A stretch of 32,000 nucleotides of DNA from assembly GCF_000008645.1 (NCBI RefSeq), contig NC_000916.1, positions 1,680,001 to 1,712,000 on the forward strand, read 5' to 3'. The first letter of the stretch is position 1. Every line of letters begins with the position of its first letter. Below the pieces are notes generated by a model. It did not search any database. It was not told the origin of the DNA and worked only from the letters and a program-made list of their open reading frames with translations. Source of the stretch: Methanothermobacter thermautotrophicus str. Delta H. GTDB taxonomy: Archaea > Methanobacteriota > Methanobacteria > Methanobacteriales > Methanothermobacteraceae. Below, piece by piece: positions 18,654 through 30,283 of the stretch. Position numbers and translations under genes: made by a program.

Positions 18654-19005
18654 GTTTACTATATATTAACAGCACTATTTATAAAGTTTTCGTTAGGTTA
18701 TTTAAATCAGCATCTGGGAGCCATAATCCAGTTCAAAGGTTTTAAAACCATTTAAATCCAAAAAACATGTTTTTAACACTTTTATTAGATTCTGTGGTAA
18801 TACTTTTTCATGTCAGCCCGGTTACCATTCAGCAGCTCTGAAGACTTTAAGGATGGAAACAGACATCCACATTTTTGCAGGAATCTTTCCTGGGGCAGTG
18901 CAGCTGATTGCATTTTTCCTCTTCATCATCTCAGGGTACATTTATTAGGGTGATCCCTCAAAGCTGAAGACAGAGACCCCCATGCATATTGATAATGTGG
19001 TTTTT

Positions 19006-19497
19006 ATGAAGAAGGTTCTTGACGCGTCTGCCTTCATAAATGGATACGTGCCAGAGGGAAGGGAAAATTACACTGTAAGATCGGTCACAGAGGAGATCAG
19101 GGATTTCAGGTCAATGATGATACTGGAGGATGCACTGAGGGAAGGTAGACTCAAAATAACCGAACCCGACCCTGAGAGCATGAAGGTGGTGGAGGACGCC
19201 ATCAGCGAATCAGGAGACATAATGAGACTTTCCCCCACAGACATGGAGGTCATAGGCCTTGCAGTTTCCCTGAGGGGGAAGGATGACGTCACTGTGATAA
19301 CAGACGACTACACAATACAGAACACACTGAAAATCCTGGGTATAGGGTTCAGGAGTGTTCTAACATCAGGTATAAGGGACACCTACAGCTGGAGACGGGT
19401 ATGCACCGGGTGCCGGAGGGTGTACCCCCTGGACTATGAATTTGAGGAATGTGAGATATGCGGTTCAAGAATAGTCCGCAAGAGGCACAGAAACTGA
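19006..19497 (+). CDS. nob1: Nob1-family endoribonuclease (PIN domain plus Zn-ribbon)
   Basis: [15 protein letters not shown] ... [22 protein letters not shown] ... [31 protein letters not shown]. Track start is 18982; ATG 19006 fits the family N-terminus. Confidence 0.9.
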   Translation: MKKVLDASAFINGYVPEGRENYTVRSVTEEIRDFRSMMILEDALREGRLKITEPDPESMKVVEDAISESGDIMRLSPTDMEVIGLAVSLRGKDDVTVITDDYTIQNTLKILGIGFRSVLTSGIRDTYSWRRVCTGCRRVYPLDYEFEECEICGSRIVRKRHRN

Positions 19498-19513
19498 AAC
19501 TTCAGGTGATTTC

Positions 19514-20539
19514 ATGAATATAGGAGTGGTTGTTCACGGACCACACATTGTTGATTCTGGCTACGCAGCACAGCTCATAGAACTCCTTAGAAAATACGGT
19601 CATGTGAAGGCAAGACTGGGAGGCACCATGGGAAGAACAGCTGTCTACGACGCCCACCTTGAGGATATCATAGACATCTCAGAGAAGAGACTTCCCAGTG
19701 AATCGGTTGACCTCTGTGCAGAGGAGGGCCATGACCTTGTTGTACTCATGAACTATGGAAAATCCCGCATAACCGGCCACGGCTTCGGCTACAAGGTATT
19801 CCAGAGGTCGGAGAAGAAACCGCCCATGGTCCAGATAGAAAGACCTGGAGAGCCCGATGGAAGTGTTGTACCCTGGAGGAGGGAGGTACTCCCATTCGCA
19901 GAAAAGCTTGCAGATGAACTTGGACTTGAACTGGTGGACCCTGAGGAGATATGCCGTGAAATATTCCATGGAGAGCCATGCAACGAACAGGAACCCGATA
20001 GCAGGGAATACCGCAGACTCGTGGGTGTCTCAGAGAACGAGAACATCTTTGTCAACGGTATAGTGGTGGGGACATCAACCTCAGATGACGTCACACTGGT
20101 TGCAGAGAACGGCATAATCACAGATATAATCGGGGGCCGCATAAAGAAACACGGCGTCGAAAAGCTTGGAAGGGTTAACCTAAGGGACGCGGTGGTGAAG
20201 ACAGGACTCCTCAGACGATCCGATGTAAAGCCAAGAAAGGTGAAGCTAAGAGAAAATAATAAGGAGAGATTCAGGGTCTCCTTCCTCAACCACGCAGCAG
20301 AGGACATCTACAGCCTTCATGACGCTGACCTGGTTGTCACCGTGGGAGACGACACGACCCTTGTGGCAGCAGACATACTCTACAGGTTTGACGTTCCGAT
20401 CATTGGCATCACAGATGGAGACATTGACAGGGTTGTCAGGAATGGTTTCAAATGCTCAGGTTCCATCATAATAGAATTTGAGGGAGGATGGGATGATATA
20501 GTGGGTGAGAGATCTACAGGAGCTATTCAGGGGCAGTGA
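19514..20539 (+). CDS. DUF2117 domain-containing protein
   Basis: 341 aa: [51 protein letters not shown] ... [37 protein letters not shown], characteristic of the methanogen DUF2117 family. Confidence 0.78.
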   Translation: MNIGVVVHGPHIVDSGYAAQLIELLRKYGHVKARLGGTMGRTAVYDAHLEDIIDISEKRLPSESVDLCAEEGHDLVVLMNYGKSRITGHGFGYKVFQRSEKKPPMVQIERPGEPDGSVVPWRREVLPFAEKLADELGLELVDPEEICREIFHGEPCNEQEPDSREYRRLVGVSENENIFVNGIVVGTSTSDDVTLVAENGIITDIIGGRIKKHGVEKLGRVNLRDAVVKTGLLRRSDVKPRKVKLRENNKERFRVSFLNHAAEDIYSLHDADLVVTVGDDTTLVAADILYRFDVPIIGITDGDIDRVVRNGFKCSGSIIIEFEGGWDDIVGERSTGAIQGQ

Positions 20540-20633
20540 CACAATTGAAGTGGAGGACTTGGAAACTTTTAAAAAGGATCTGCTACAGATTATAGATAAT
20601 ACAGGTGCAGAATACACTGTGAGATACACCTAA
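20505..20633 (+). CDS. candidate unannotated small protein (42 aa)
   Basis: GTG start, frame +1 relative to the end of the DUF2117 gene, overlapping it by 35 nt: [42 protein letters not shown]. Codon usage matches the neighbours; stop is 15 nt before mmp2. Below the ORF track length cutoff. Confidence 0.55.
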   Translation: MRDLQELFRGSDTIEVEDLETFKKDLLQIIDNTGAEYTVRYT

Positions 20634-20648
20634 ACGATACAAAGAGGT

Positions 20649-21641
20649 GTGGAATTGGATTTAGATGATATCATCCATTCCCTTAAAAATTTTGAGGGTG
20701 TAACAAGAAAAAGACCGATAAAGAATATTGTTTCTATTCTGAATGATGCCTACAATGTTTCAGGAAACACCTACCTCGGCTACGGTGACGACGCATCTGC
20801 AATAAGGATCGGGGACGGGAAACTTCTTCTACTGGCCGCAGATGGCATATGGGGCCGCCTGATGGACGCCGACCCCTACTGGGCAGGTTACTGTTCCGTC
20901 CTTGTTAACGTTAATGACATCGCGGCCATGGGTGGTAAACCTGTGGGTATGGTCAATGTACTGTCAATAAACTCCAGTGAAACCTGTTACAGTGTCATGG
21001 AGGGCATAAGGGATGGTGCAGATAAATTCGGGGTTCCAATGGTGGGGGGTCACGTTCACCCCGACACCCCCTACGATGCCCTTGATGTTTCAATTGCAGG
21101 GATAGCATCCGAGGATGCCATCATAACAAGCTGTGACGCCAGGCCAGGGGACCGGGTAATTGTTGGGATAGACCTTGATGGAAGGCCACACCCGTCATTT
21201 CCACTGAACTGGGATACAACCACGCATAAGAGCCCCGAGGATGTGCAGGCACAGATAGACATCATGGCAGAACTTGCTGAGAGGCACCTCGTAACCGCAG
21301 GGAAGGACATAAGTAACCCTGGCACACTCGGAACACTTGGAATGCTCCTTGAAGCTTCGAATGTGGGGGCGAGAATTGAAATGGAATCCATTCCAAGGAA
21401 CAGATCCGTTGATTGGGACAGCTGGCTTAAGATGTATCCAGGATCAGGTTTTGTTTTAACGGCAGCACCTGAAAATGTAAATGAATGTGTGGAGCTACTG
21501 GAGTCCGTCGGAATAACAGCATCAGATGCTGGCGAAATAATAGCCGATCAGAGGCTTTATCTGAGGGTTGATGATGATGAGGGGGTCCTCTTTGACCTTA
21601 AAAGTGAAATAATAACAGGAGTGACCGAGGAGAGATTGTGA
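20649..21641 (+). CDS. mmp2: methanogenesis marker protein 2 (AIR synthase-related)
   Basis: 330 aa with AIR-synthase/ThiL-like ATP-binding signatures: [91 protein letters not shown]. Confidence 0.85.
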   Translation: MELDLDDIIHSLKNFEGVTRKRPIKNIVSILNDAYNVSGNTYLGYGDDASAIRIGDGKLLLLAADGIWGRLMDADPYWAGYCSVLVNVNDIAAMGGKPVGMVNVLSINSSETCYSVMEGIRDGADKFGVPMVGGHVHPDTPYDALDVSIAGIASEDAIITSCDARPGDRVIVGIDLDGRPHPSFPLNWDTTTHKSPEDVQAQIDIMAELAERHLVTAGKDISNPGTLGTLGMLLEASNVGARIEMESIPRNRSVDWDSWLKMYPGSGFVLTAAPENVNECVELLESVGITASDAGEIIADQRLYLRVDDDEGVLFDLKSEIITGVTEERL

Positions 21642-21705
21642 AAGATTATGTGGAGATTGATTTGGGGAAACAGGTTGAGTGAAGAAAGTCTATGAGGGAG
21701 AAATC

Positions 21706-23247
21706 ATGTTTGTTAAGGTCAACGGGGAGGAAGTAGAACTTCCGGATGGATCCACGGTGAGGGATGCCCTTGAGGCAACCGGCGCCCCCTACGTGGAGGG
21801 GACACTGGTGTGCCTCATAAGCGGTACAAGGGAACTTGAGAGGACGATAGACACATACCGCATCAGGACAACGACAGGCAGCATACTTCTGGAACTTCTG
21901 CCGGACGATGCACCTGGCATAGTAGAGGAATGGCGAAGGATCTACACTGAGCTTGAAAACATGCGCATCAGGTGGACCACACCATCTGAGATCGCAATGG
22001 GGCCCCTAAGGACAGAACTGGAACCCTCAAGGGACGAATTCACCTACGATGAAGATGAGGTTATAATGAGCCTCTCAGGATTCAGCCCGGATTCAACACA
22101 TATAATAATATCAAAGGAACCCCATTCAGCAGTATACGGTGTCCCAAGGGAGAACAGAGGAGTATTTGCAAGGATAACCGGGGGAAAAAGGACAGTTGAG
22201 AGGTTAACCCAGGATGACGTGGTTAAATCGGTTGAACCCGTTGTTGAGAGGAAGAGCATAGTTGAGAGCGCCGCTGTAACAGACCTCAACACGGAACTTG
22301 AGGATGGAAACCAGCTCTTCACCTACGTGAAGGTTAAACCCTCCCCTGAATCACCACAGTCAGTGGAACATTTCTTCTCCATGGTGGAGGACGGGAAACT
22401 CAGGGTTGACTACGAGGCAAATTCATTCATAGGCTTTTACTCACTCCAGGGGATAAAAAAAGACCCCGAAAAAATCGACAAGAGAAACCGTGGAGCAGTG
22501 ACACTCAGAAACACGGGAAGGGGCTCTGGAAGGGTCTACATCTACAGGGAGGATAGGGTTTCAACCCCATCCCATAACCTCATAGGCCATGTCACAGAGG
22601 GCATGGAACTGGTTGACATAGCAGGCGAGGGCGACCAGATAACAGTGGAATGCGAACCCGGAAGGATAATGACCGTGGCCATGACCCAGAAGGAGGCTGA
22701 GGATTACCTCAGGGAATACGGTATAGAACAGATACGTGAGGGTATAATGGACGATGATGCCATTGTGGTGGTCCAGGACCCACCCTACACCATGGACATC
22801 CTGAGGGAGGGAAAGGTCAGGACCCTTGGCATTGATCCGGATAAGATTCTTGAGATAGAACTTGATCCGGCTGCCCCCAGATCCTCATGGTACTTCCGCA
22901 GGCTCACAGGTCTCATCGACACACCGATAGGATCCCTCAAGGTACACTTCGCCTTCCCTGGAATGAAGGTGGTCATGTTTGAGGGCGATAAATCACTGGC
23001 AAAGGGCCTCATACCTGAAAATACACCTGAGAGATGCGTTAAGAAGGGTAACATAGGCATAACCAACATGTCACGGCGCCACATAGGCATGGTGGGTGTC
23101 AGACTCGAAGACAACGATGAATATGGCCCCACAGGGGAACCATTCAATGGCACCAACATGATAGGTAAAATCACAGGTGGAATTGAGAATGTTGAAAAAC
23201 TGAAAGAGGGGGATACCGTATATGTCCGGGAAAGAAAAAGAGGGTGA
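21706..23247 (+). CDS. mmp3: methanogenesis marker protein 3 (UPF0288 family)
   Basis: [40 protein letters not shown] ... [64 protein letters not shown] precedes ATG 21706; track start is GTG 21679. Confidence 0.9.
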   Translation: MFVKVNGEEVELPDGSTVRDALEATGAPYVEGTLVCLISGTRELERTIDTYRIRTTTGSILLELLPDDAPGIVEEWRRIYTELENMRIRWTTPSEIAMGPLRTELEPSRDEFTYDEDEVIMSLSGFSPDSTHIIISKEPHSAVYGVPRENRGVFARITGGKRTVERLTQDDVVKSVEPVVERKSIVESAAVTDLNTELEDGNQLFTYVKVKPSPESPQSVEHFFSMVEDGKLRVDYEANSFIGFYSLQGIKKDPEKIDKRNRGAVTLRNTGRGSGRVYIYREDRVSTPSHNLIGHVTEGMELVDIAGEGDQITVECEPGRIMTVAMTQKEAEDYLREYGIEQIREGIMDDDAIVVVQDPPYTMDILREGKVRTLGIDPDKILEIELDPAAPRSSWYFRRLTGLIDTPIGSLKVHFAFPGMKVVMFEGDKSLAKGLIPENTPERCVKKGNIGITNMSRRHIGMVGVRLEDNDEYGPTGEPFNGTNMIGKITGGIENVEKLKEGDTVYVRERKRG

Positions 23248-23668
23248 AAAGGCAACCAGGATGATAATACTGGGCCCATCGGCGAGGCTGAGTTCATCGG
23301 AACTTGTCCAGAAACTCCACCTCCTTGGCCTTCCCCTCACAATAAAGTCAACATGCTATGGAGCACTTATCCATGGAGATGAGGACGTGGTGATGGAGGC
23401 CGTAAAAAGGATAAGGAGCCTTGACCCCCCCAACATATTCACGAAGGAGAGGGGCTTTCCACCGGGAGACCCCCGGAGATGCAGAGGACACAGGGGGGCC
23501 GCCCGGGAGGGATACCATCAGCTTGAGAAGGAATTCAAACTCCTGGGCTACGTATGTGAGGCCCTTGAAAACCCGCAGGAGGTCGCACCCGAAATAAAGG
23601 AGAAGATCCCTGTAGATGAATTCCGCAGGATAGCTGAAAAAGCTCAAAAATCAAAACAGAAAACATAG
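23222..23668 (+). CDS. mmp6: methanogenesis marker protein 6
   Basis: 148 aa: [92 protein letters not shown]. Overlaps the mmp3 3' end by 26 nt. Confidence 0.88.
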   Translation: MSGKEKEGEKATRMIILGPSARLSSSELVQKLHLLGLPLTIKSTCYGALIHGDEDVVMEAVKRIRSLDPPNIFTKERGFPPGDPRRCRGHRGAAREGYHQLEKEFKLLGYVCEALENPQEVAPEIKEKIPVDEFRRIAEKAQKSKQKT

Positions 23669-23678
23669 GCTGGTTAAA

Positions 23679-24050
23679 ATGAAAATAACATCATCATCAA
23701 CTGGAGAGGAACTGAGGGAACTTGGCATCTGCATACATGAACTTGTAAGTCGCCTGCCCCTAACAATAAGGAGCAGGGAATCACCCGGCCTCAGAATAGA
23801 GGACGGAAAGGTGGTGGATGATAACTACACAGGACCCGTACTTGAGAAGGTCCTGGAATCAGGGGAAATAGCCAGGGAAACACCTGACAGGGGACCCTAC
23901 CGGGGGATTCCCGTCGTTGTCGTACCCCTCAAGGAAGAGGGCGAGGTCATATGTGCTGTGGGCATCGTTGACGCGACAAAGGGACTCTTCACAGACATGG
24001 TTGAGATAGCCAGAAGACCCCAGGACACAGATAAGGGGGAATTCTATTGA
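23679..24050 (+). CDS. DUF2111 domain-containing protein
   Basis: 123 aa: [92 protein letters not shown]. Confidence 0.8.
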   Translation: MKITSSSTGEELRELGICIHELVSRLPLTIRSRESPGLRIEDGKVVDDNYTGPVLEKVLESGEIARETPDRGPYRGIPVVVVPLKEEGEVICAVGIVDATKGLFTDMVEIARRPQDTDKGEFY

Positions 24051-24485
24051 AGATAGCCATATTTCCACCAAACTCACTGATACTGGCGGATCTTGTTGAG
24101 AGAAGGGGACATGAGCCACTGGTAATCCAGAAGGAAATAAAAAAGAAGGTCACAGACCCTGAAATAGACTCACCTCCCTTCAATATAACCGAAGAGGACC
24201 CAATCAGGGGACTGAAGTACGCTGCAATAGAGGTTCCATCAGGTGTCAGGGGGAGGATGTCAATCTTCGGCCCGCTCATAGAGGAGGCAGATGCAGCCAT
24301 AATAATGGAGGAGGCACCCTTCGGCTTCGGGTGCATAGGCTGCGCAAGAACCAACGAACTCTGCGTCTTCCAGCTCAGGAAGAGGGGCATACCAACCCTT
24401 GAACTTAAATATCCCCGCACACGTGAGGAGACAATAGATGTTGTCAATAAGATAAATAATTTCTTAGATGAACTGGAGGCTCAAA

Positions 24486-24493
<8 letters not shown>
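24047..24493 (+). CDS. mmp5: methanogenesis marker protein 5
   Basis: TTG start overlapping the preceding TGA (TTGA). 148 aa: [35 protein letters not shown] ... [48 protein letters not shown]. Confidence 0.88.
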
Positions 24494-25724
<1,231 letters not shown>

Positions 25725-25725
25725 T

Positions 25726-26283
25726 ATGGGGATACAGATAGAATGCTATGACCCCCGCGGGGCAGCGGTGTACGACATAATCACCAGGCAGGTTCTCCAG
25801 GACCTGCAGCTTTCAAGGGCCATAGATGACCTGAGGATATGGGTTGATCCAAGGGAACCGGTTTTCATAATAGCTGTTAAGACACAGAAAACATCCGAAC
25901 CCATTCACCTTGAGGATATGGCTGAAATGGAGGTTGATAAGGCCACGGGTTCCATTCATCTAAGGATAAAGGATGAGACCTACCTCCCACAGCTACTTGA
26001 AAGGTTATGGGAAACACAGGGAAGGGGCAGGGTCCGCCAGCCCTCGAGGTTTGAGGTGATAATTGAGGACCCGGTCTCGGGTATCACAGGAATGACGGTC
26101 CATGACCCCTCACTCAACCTCAAGAAGAGGGTATACGATGCAATCTTCAGGATAATACCCGAGGGATTCCGGGTTATAAGGGATCTATCTGAGGACAACC
26201 TGATAGCCCTCGTATGCACCGATGAGGTACTCAGGGATGAATGGGTCCTGAAGGCGAAGGAGATAATTGACGGGATGAGGTGA
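25726..26283 (+). CDS. mmp17: methanogenesis marker protein 17
   Basis: MGIQIECYDPRGAAVYDIITRQVLQDLQLSRAIDDLRIWVDPREPVFIIAVKTQKTSEPIHLEDMAEMEVDKATGSIHLRIKDETYLPQLLERLWE. Begins 1 nt after the mmp15 stop. Confidence 0.88.
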   Translation: MGIQIECYDPRGAAVYDIITRQVLQDLQLSRAIDDLRIWVDPREPVFIIAVKTQKTSEPIHLEDMAEMEVDKATGSIHLRIKDETYLPQLLERLWETQGRGRVRQPSRFEVIIEDPVSGITGMTVHDPSLNLKKRVYDAIFRIIPEGFRVIRDLSEDNLIALVCTDEVLRDEWVLKAKEIIDGMR

Positions 26284-26287
26284 AGAA

Positions 26288-27154
26288 ATGCCAGATCAGA
26301 GACAGACAAGATTTGCACACATAACAAAGGCCCACCCATGCTTTAACGAGAAACTGCATGACAGGGTTGGAAGGGTACATGTTCCAATAGCACCCCGCTG
26401 CAACATTCACTGTAAATTCTGCACCAGGGACATAAATGAATGTGAAAGACGGCCTGGGGTTACAGGAAGGCTCATGACAGCTGATGATGCCATAAAACAC
26501 GTGGAAAAGGTTAAGGAGGAGATGCCAATAAGTGTAATTGGTGTGGCCGGTCCAGGAGACGCTCTGGCCAATGAGGAGACATTCGAGTTCTTCAAAAAGG
26601 CCAGCAAGAAATTCCCGGACCTCCTTAAATGTATGAGCACCAACGGACTTCTCCTACCGGACAGGGCAGATGAACTCGCAGAACTTGGGATTAACACCGT
26701 CACCGTCACCGTGAACGCAGTGGACCCCGAGATAGGGGAGAAGATATACTCCTTCGTCGTCTACAAGGATAAGGTCTACCATGGAAGGGAGGCATTTGAA
26801 GTTCTCTCAAGGAACCAGCTGGAGGGTATTGAGAAGCTCGCTGAGAGGGGGATAATTGTAAAGGTCAACAGCGTCCTCATACCCGGACTCAACGATGAAC
26901 ACATAGTTGACATTGCAAGGGAGGTTAAAAAGAGGGGAGCGTCCCTCATGAACATAATACCACTCATCCCCATGGGCGAGATGAAGGACTACCCGAGACC
27001 AACATGTGAACAGATCGAGAGGGTCCGCAACGAAGTTGAAAAGATAATACCAGTGTTCAGGGCATGTACACAGTGCAGGGCAGACGCCTACGGAATCCCC
27101 GGGAAGAAAGAAGCTGATAAACACCTTGACATGACACCAGCAAGCCACTACTGA
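26288..27154 (+). CDS. nifB: NifB-type radical SAM FeMo-cofactor precursor (NifB-co) synthase, stand-alone form
   Basis: 288 aa: HPCFNEKLHDRVGRVHVPIAPRCNIHCKFCTRDINECERRPGVTGRLMTADDAIKHV (radical SAM CxxxCxxC plus NifB C.ERPG-type motif), IGVAGPGDALAN, CTQCRADAYGIPG. No NifX-like C-terminal domain. Confidence 0.93.
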   Translation: MPDQRQTRFAHITKAHPCFNEKLHDRVGRVHVPIAPRCNIHCKFCTRDINECERRPGVTGRLMTADDAIKHVEKVKEEMPISVIGVAGPGDALANEETFEFFKKASKKFPDLLKCMSTNGLLLPDRADELAELGINTVTVTVNAVDPEIGEKIYSFVVYKDKVYHGREAFEVLSRNQLEGIEKLAERGIIVKVNSVLIPGLNDEHIVDIAREVKKRGASLMNIIPLIPMGEMKDYPRPTCEQIERVRNEVEKIIPVFRACTQCRADAYGIPGKKEADKHLDMTPASHY

Positions 27155-27164
27155 CCATGGATAG

Positions 27165-28100
27165 ATGAACATGAAGACCATTGAATGGAAGGATGGAGAG
27201 CTGGTCCTCATCGACCAGCGCAAGCTACCTGACTCCCTCGAGTACTTCCGCTGCAGGGACTACAGGGACGTTATATATGCCATAAAGAACATGGTTGTCA
27301 GGGGTGCACCGGCAATAGGGGTTACAGCAGCATTCGGGGTTGCAATGGCGGAACTCGCCGGTGAGGATGTTGAGGTGGCAGCAGAGGAAATAAAGGCATC
27401 TAGACCAACAGCAGTGAACCTGTTCTGGGCCGTTGACCGTGTGATGAAATCAGAATCTCCCCTGGATGAGGCCATCACAATGTACATGGAGGACATGGAG
27501 ACCAACAGGGCAATAGGAAGACACGGCGCTGGGCTCATAGAGGATGGTGACACGGTTTTAACCCACTGCAATGCAGGGGCCCTTGCCTGCGTTGACTACG
27601 GAACAGCCCTTGGGGTTATAAGGGCCGCATGGGATGATGGGAAAAGGTTAACAGTCATATGTGATGAAACAAGGCCAGTCGGCCAGGGTGCAAGGCTCAG
27701 TGTCTGGGAGATGCAGCAGGAGGGCATACCCGTTAAGCTGATAACGGATGTTGCAGCAGGCTACCTGATGCAGACTGGCATGATCGATAAGGTGATAATA
27801 GGCGCCGACCGTATCGCAGAGGGGGGCGTGGCAAATAAGATAGGCTCCCTCATGGTTGCCCTGGCAGCAAAACGTTTCAATGTCCCCTTCTATGTTGCAG
27901 CACCCATGAGCACATTTGACACGGAAAACTCCATCTATGACATCGAAATCGAGGAGCGGGATCCTGCAGAGGTTCTATATTATGGTGGATGCAGGATAGC
28001 GCCGCAGGATACAGAGGCCATTAACCCTGCATTTGATATCGTACCATCGGACCTCATATCAGGTATTATAACTGAGAAGGGTATCCTTGACCCCCTCTAG
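27165..28100 (+). CDS. mtnA: S-methyl-5-thioribose-1-phosphate isomerase / eIF-2B alpha-like
   Basis: 311 aa: MVVRGAPAIGVTAAFGVAMA, TNRAIGRHGAGLIEDGDTVLTHCNAGALACVDYGTALGVIRAAW, CDETRPVGQGARLSVWEMQQEGIPVKLITDVAAGYLM, VIIGADRIAEGGVANKIGS. Confidence 0.93.
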   Translation: MNMKTIEWKDGELVLIDQRKLPDSLEYFRCRDYRDVIYAIKNMVVRGAPAIGVTAAFGVAMAELAGEDVEVAAEEIKASRPTAVNLFWAVDRVMKSESPLDEAITMYMEDMETNRAIGRHGAGLIEDGDTVLTHCNAGALACVDYGTALGVIRAAWDDGKRLTVICDETRPVGQGARLSVWEMQQEGIPVKLITDVAAGYLMQTGMIDKVIIGADRIAEGGVANKIGSLMVALAAKRFNVPFYVAAPMSTFDTENSIYDIEIEERDPAEVLYYGGCRIAPQDTEAINPAFDIVPSDLISGIITEKGILDPL

Positions 28101-28134
28101 ACTCTGAAATCATAGAATAAACCCCTTTTTTATA

Positions 28135-29193
28135 TCAGGGAGTTATACCCTTTTCATTTTTTTCTGTATCTGAAGAGGGAGTTTTCCTTATTCTTGCGTC
28201 GATGCCCATATGCCAGACCCCGGGGCTCCTTGATTTAACCCTCCGCATATCAAGGACATCAACATGGAAGGGCTTCGCAGCCTCCTTCAAACGGTTCACA
28301 GGCGTTTTGAAGTCCCTTGCAAATTCATAGTAGTGTATCACTCCACCGTCCCGCAAGGCCCTGATGGCATCATCAAGAAATTCGCAGGCACTTCCAGGGA
28401 GGTTCATTATAATATGGTCAGCGAAGCACTCCCTGTCCCTGAGAAACTCCCTAACATCACCTTCAACTGCAACTATAACATCCTCTGCATGGTTCAATCT
28501 GGCATTCTCCTCTATGTACCTCACAGCCGCAGGATTTATGTCAACGGCGTAGACGCGTGAAGCCCTTCCATGCCTTGCAACTGCAATGGCGAAGGGTCCA
28601 GCCCCGGCGAACATGTCAAGGACAACCTCACCATCCTTCACCTGAGCCGCTACAGTTTCCCTCTCATTTGCAAGTCTGGGGCTGAAGTACACGTCCTTTA
28701 TATCCACCTTTATCCGGCTTCCATACTCCTGATGTATGGTCTCTGACAGCGCTGACCCTGCAATCAGTTCAAGTTCTCTGGTCCTGGTAACTCCCTTCAC
28801 ACCACTCCTCTTCATGTAGACAGCCTTTCTGCCTGTGAATTCAAGGGCGGCTTCACCAATGATGAAACGGTAATCCTGAAGCTCCTCCGGTATCTCAAGT
28901 ATCACAGTATCTCCTATTATGTCAAATGACCTCCTGATTGATGCAAGGGCGTCTTCAGGGATTTTTGATTTCAGTATGTCGGTGAACCTTGCAGGGGAGC
29001 GTTTGCTCTCCTTAAATTCCCGATCAACAATTTCAGCACCATCGATCTCAGGGATCCTGACGTCCTCCCTGAGGGGTATGTAAACGTGCTCATGGTCCCG
29101 GCTTATACGGTAGTCCCTGTTCAGCAGTGACCCAGCAACAAGCATCTTTATGATATCATTCGCCATCCTCTTTGGAACCTTCAAGCCCTTCAT
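28135..29193 (-). CDS. trm5: tRNA (guanine37-N1)-methyltransferase Trm5
   Basis: 352 aa: YFSPRLANERETVAAQVKDGEVVLDMFAGAGPFAIAVARHGRASRVYAVDINPAAVRYIEENARLN ... DHIIMNLPGSACEFLDDA. Confidence 0.92.
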   Translation of the reverse strand: MKGLKVPKRMANDIIKMLVAGSLLNRDYRISRDHEHVYIPLREDVRIPEIDGAEIVDREFKESKRSPARFTDILKSKIPEDALASIRRSFDIIGDTVILEIPEELQDYRFIIGEAALEFTGRKAVYMKRSGVKGVTRTRELELIAGSALSETIHQEYGSRIKVDIKDVYFSPRLANERETVAAQVKDGEVVLDMFAGAGPFAIAVARHGRASRVYAVDINPAAVRYIEENARLNHAEDVIVAVEGDVREFLRDRECFADHIIMNLPGSACEFLDDAIRALRDGGVIHYYEFARDFKTPVNRLKEAAKPFHVDVLDMRRVKSRSPGVWHMGIDARIRKTPSSDTEKNEKGITP

Positions 29194-29289
29194 GATTGAA
29201 ACTTCCCCTATCTTGAGTCACTTATTATATTGGTCACGTGCATATATACCGTTATTAATGGTTTCTGATACTGATTAGGGAGGGTTAAG

Positions 29290-30084
29290 ATGCTATACAT
29301 AATTGGACTGGGACTCTACGACGAGAATGACATATCAATCAAGGGCCTGAGGGCCATAGAGGACTGTGACGAGGTTTACGCTGAATTCTACACTGCAATG
29401 CTCCAGGGGTCCAGTTTATCGGCAATCGAGAGGAGAATAGGTAGGAGTGTGAAGGTCCTGGGGAGGGGAGAAATCGAGGAGGAAAGAATCCCCATTGAAA
29501 GGGCCCTGGAGCTTGATGTGGCCCTCCTTGTTGCAGGGGATCCCCTTGTTGCAACAACACACACGGAGCTTCTCATAGACGCCCACAGGAGGGGCATAGA
29601 GACAAGGGTTATCCATTCGTCATCCATAATATCAGCCGCTCCTGGTCTCGCAGGCCTTCAGGCCTACAAGTTTGGAAGGATAATCACAATACCATTCACC
29701 TCTGATAACTACTTTCCCACATCACCCTACACCAACATAGGGGAGAACCTTAAGGCAGGTTCCCACTCCCTTGTGCTCCTGGATATCGAGGCCCACAGGA
29801 ATAGATACATGACGGCAACTGAGGGGCTCAGGTATCTCCTGAAGGCATCAGAGAAACTTGATGATGGTACAATTAGTGGCGAAACCCTTGCAGTTGTCAT
29901 AGCAAGGGCTGGCTCTGAGAAGCCCCTTGTGAGGGCTGATAAAATAGCTACACTCGTTGAGGAGGACTTCGGTGATCCACTCCACTGTCTTGTGGTCCCG
30001 GCGGGCCTTCATTTCATTGAGGCGGACTATCTTGTTGAGATTGCAGGGGCACCCCGGGCAGTGGTGGAGAGGATGATCCTATAG
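29290..30084 (+). CDS. dphB: diphthine synthase
   Basis: 264 aa: MLYIIGLGLYDENDISIKGLRAIEDCDEVYAEFYTAMLQG, LLVAGDPLVATTHTELLIDAHRRGIETRVIHSSSIISAAPGLAGLQAYKFGRIITIPF. Confidence 0.95.
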   Translation: MLYIIGLGLYDENDISIKGLRAIEDCDEVYAEFYTAMLQGSSLSAIERRIGRSVKVLGRGEIEEERIPIERALELDVALLVAGDPLVATTHTELLIDAHRRGIETRVIHSSSIISAAPGLAGLQAYKFGRIITIPFTSDNYFPTSPYTNIGENLKAGSHSLVLLDIEAHRNRYMTATEGLRYLLKASEKLDDGTISGETLAVVIARAGSEKPLVRADKIATLVEEDFGDPLHCLVVPAGLHFIEADYLVEIAGAPRAVVERMIL

Positions 30085-30085
30085 C

Positions 30086-30283
30086 CTATCTCAGGAGATA
30101 CTCACATTTTTCAACATTCTGGAGGGGGATGATTATCTCCCTTTTCCCGAATTCCCTCTCAGAGAAGCTCACCAGTATGACGCATTTCTCCTTATCAACC
30201 TTTATCATTTCAACCCCAAATTCACCCCTCTTGAAGTGATGGACGGTCCCGTTTATCATGGTGAGCTCCATCTTTTCTATCAT
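30086..30283 (-). CDS. small conserved-looking hypothetical protein (65 aa)
   Basis: MIEKMELTMINGTVHHFKRGEFGVEMIKVDKEKCVILVSFSEREFGKREIIIPLQNVEKCEYLLR. Ends 1 nt from the dphB stop (tail to tail); protein-like alternating beta pattern. Confidence 0.6.
   Translation of the reverse strand: MIEKMELTMINGTVHHFKRGEFGVEMIKVDKEKCVILVSFSEREFGKREIIIPLQNVEKCEYLLR

Noticed and set aside
18785-18940. 51-aa minus-strand ORF (MYPEMMKRKMQSAALPQERFL...) and an overlapping ~45-aa plus-strand ORF (MSARLPFSSSEDFKDG...)
   Set aside because: Two incompatible short ORFs in the same non-coding gap, neither with convincing composition or a good RBS. Could be revisited with conservation data.
19789-20307. 172-aa minus-strand ORF antisense to the DUF2117 gene
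   Set aside because: Shadow ORF: Ser-rich translation without motifs, opposite a convincing conserved CDS.
22785-23297. 170-aa minus-strand ORF antisense to mmp3/mmp6
   Set aside because: Ser/Pro-rich shadow ORF with no motif, opposite conserved mmp genes.
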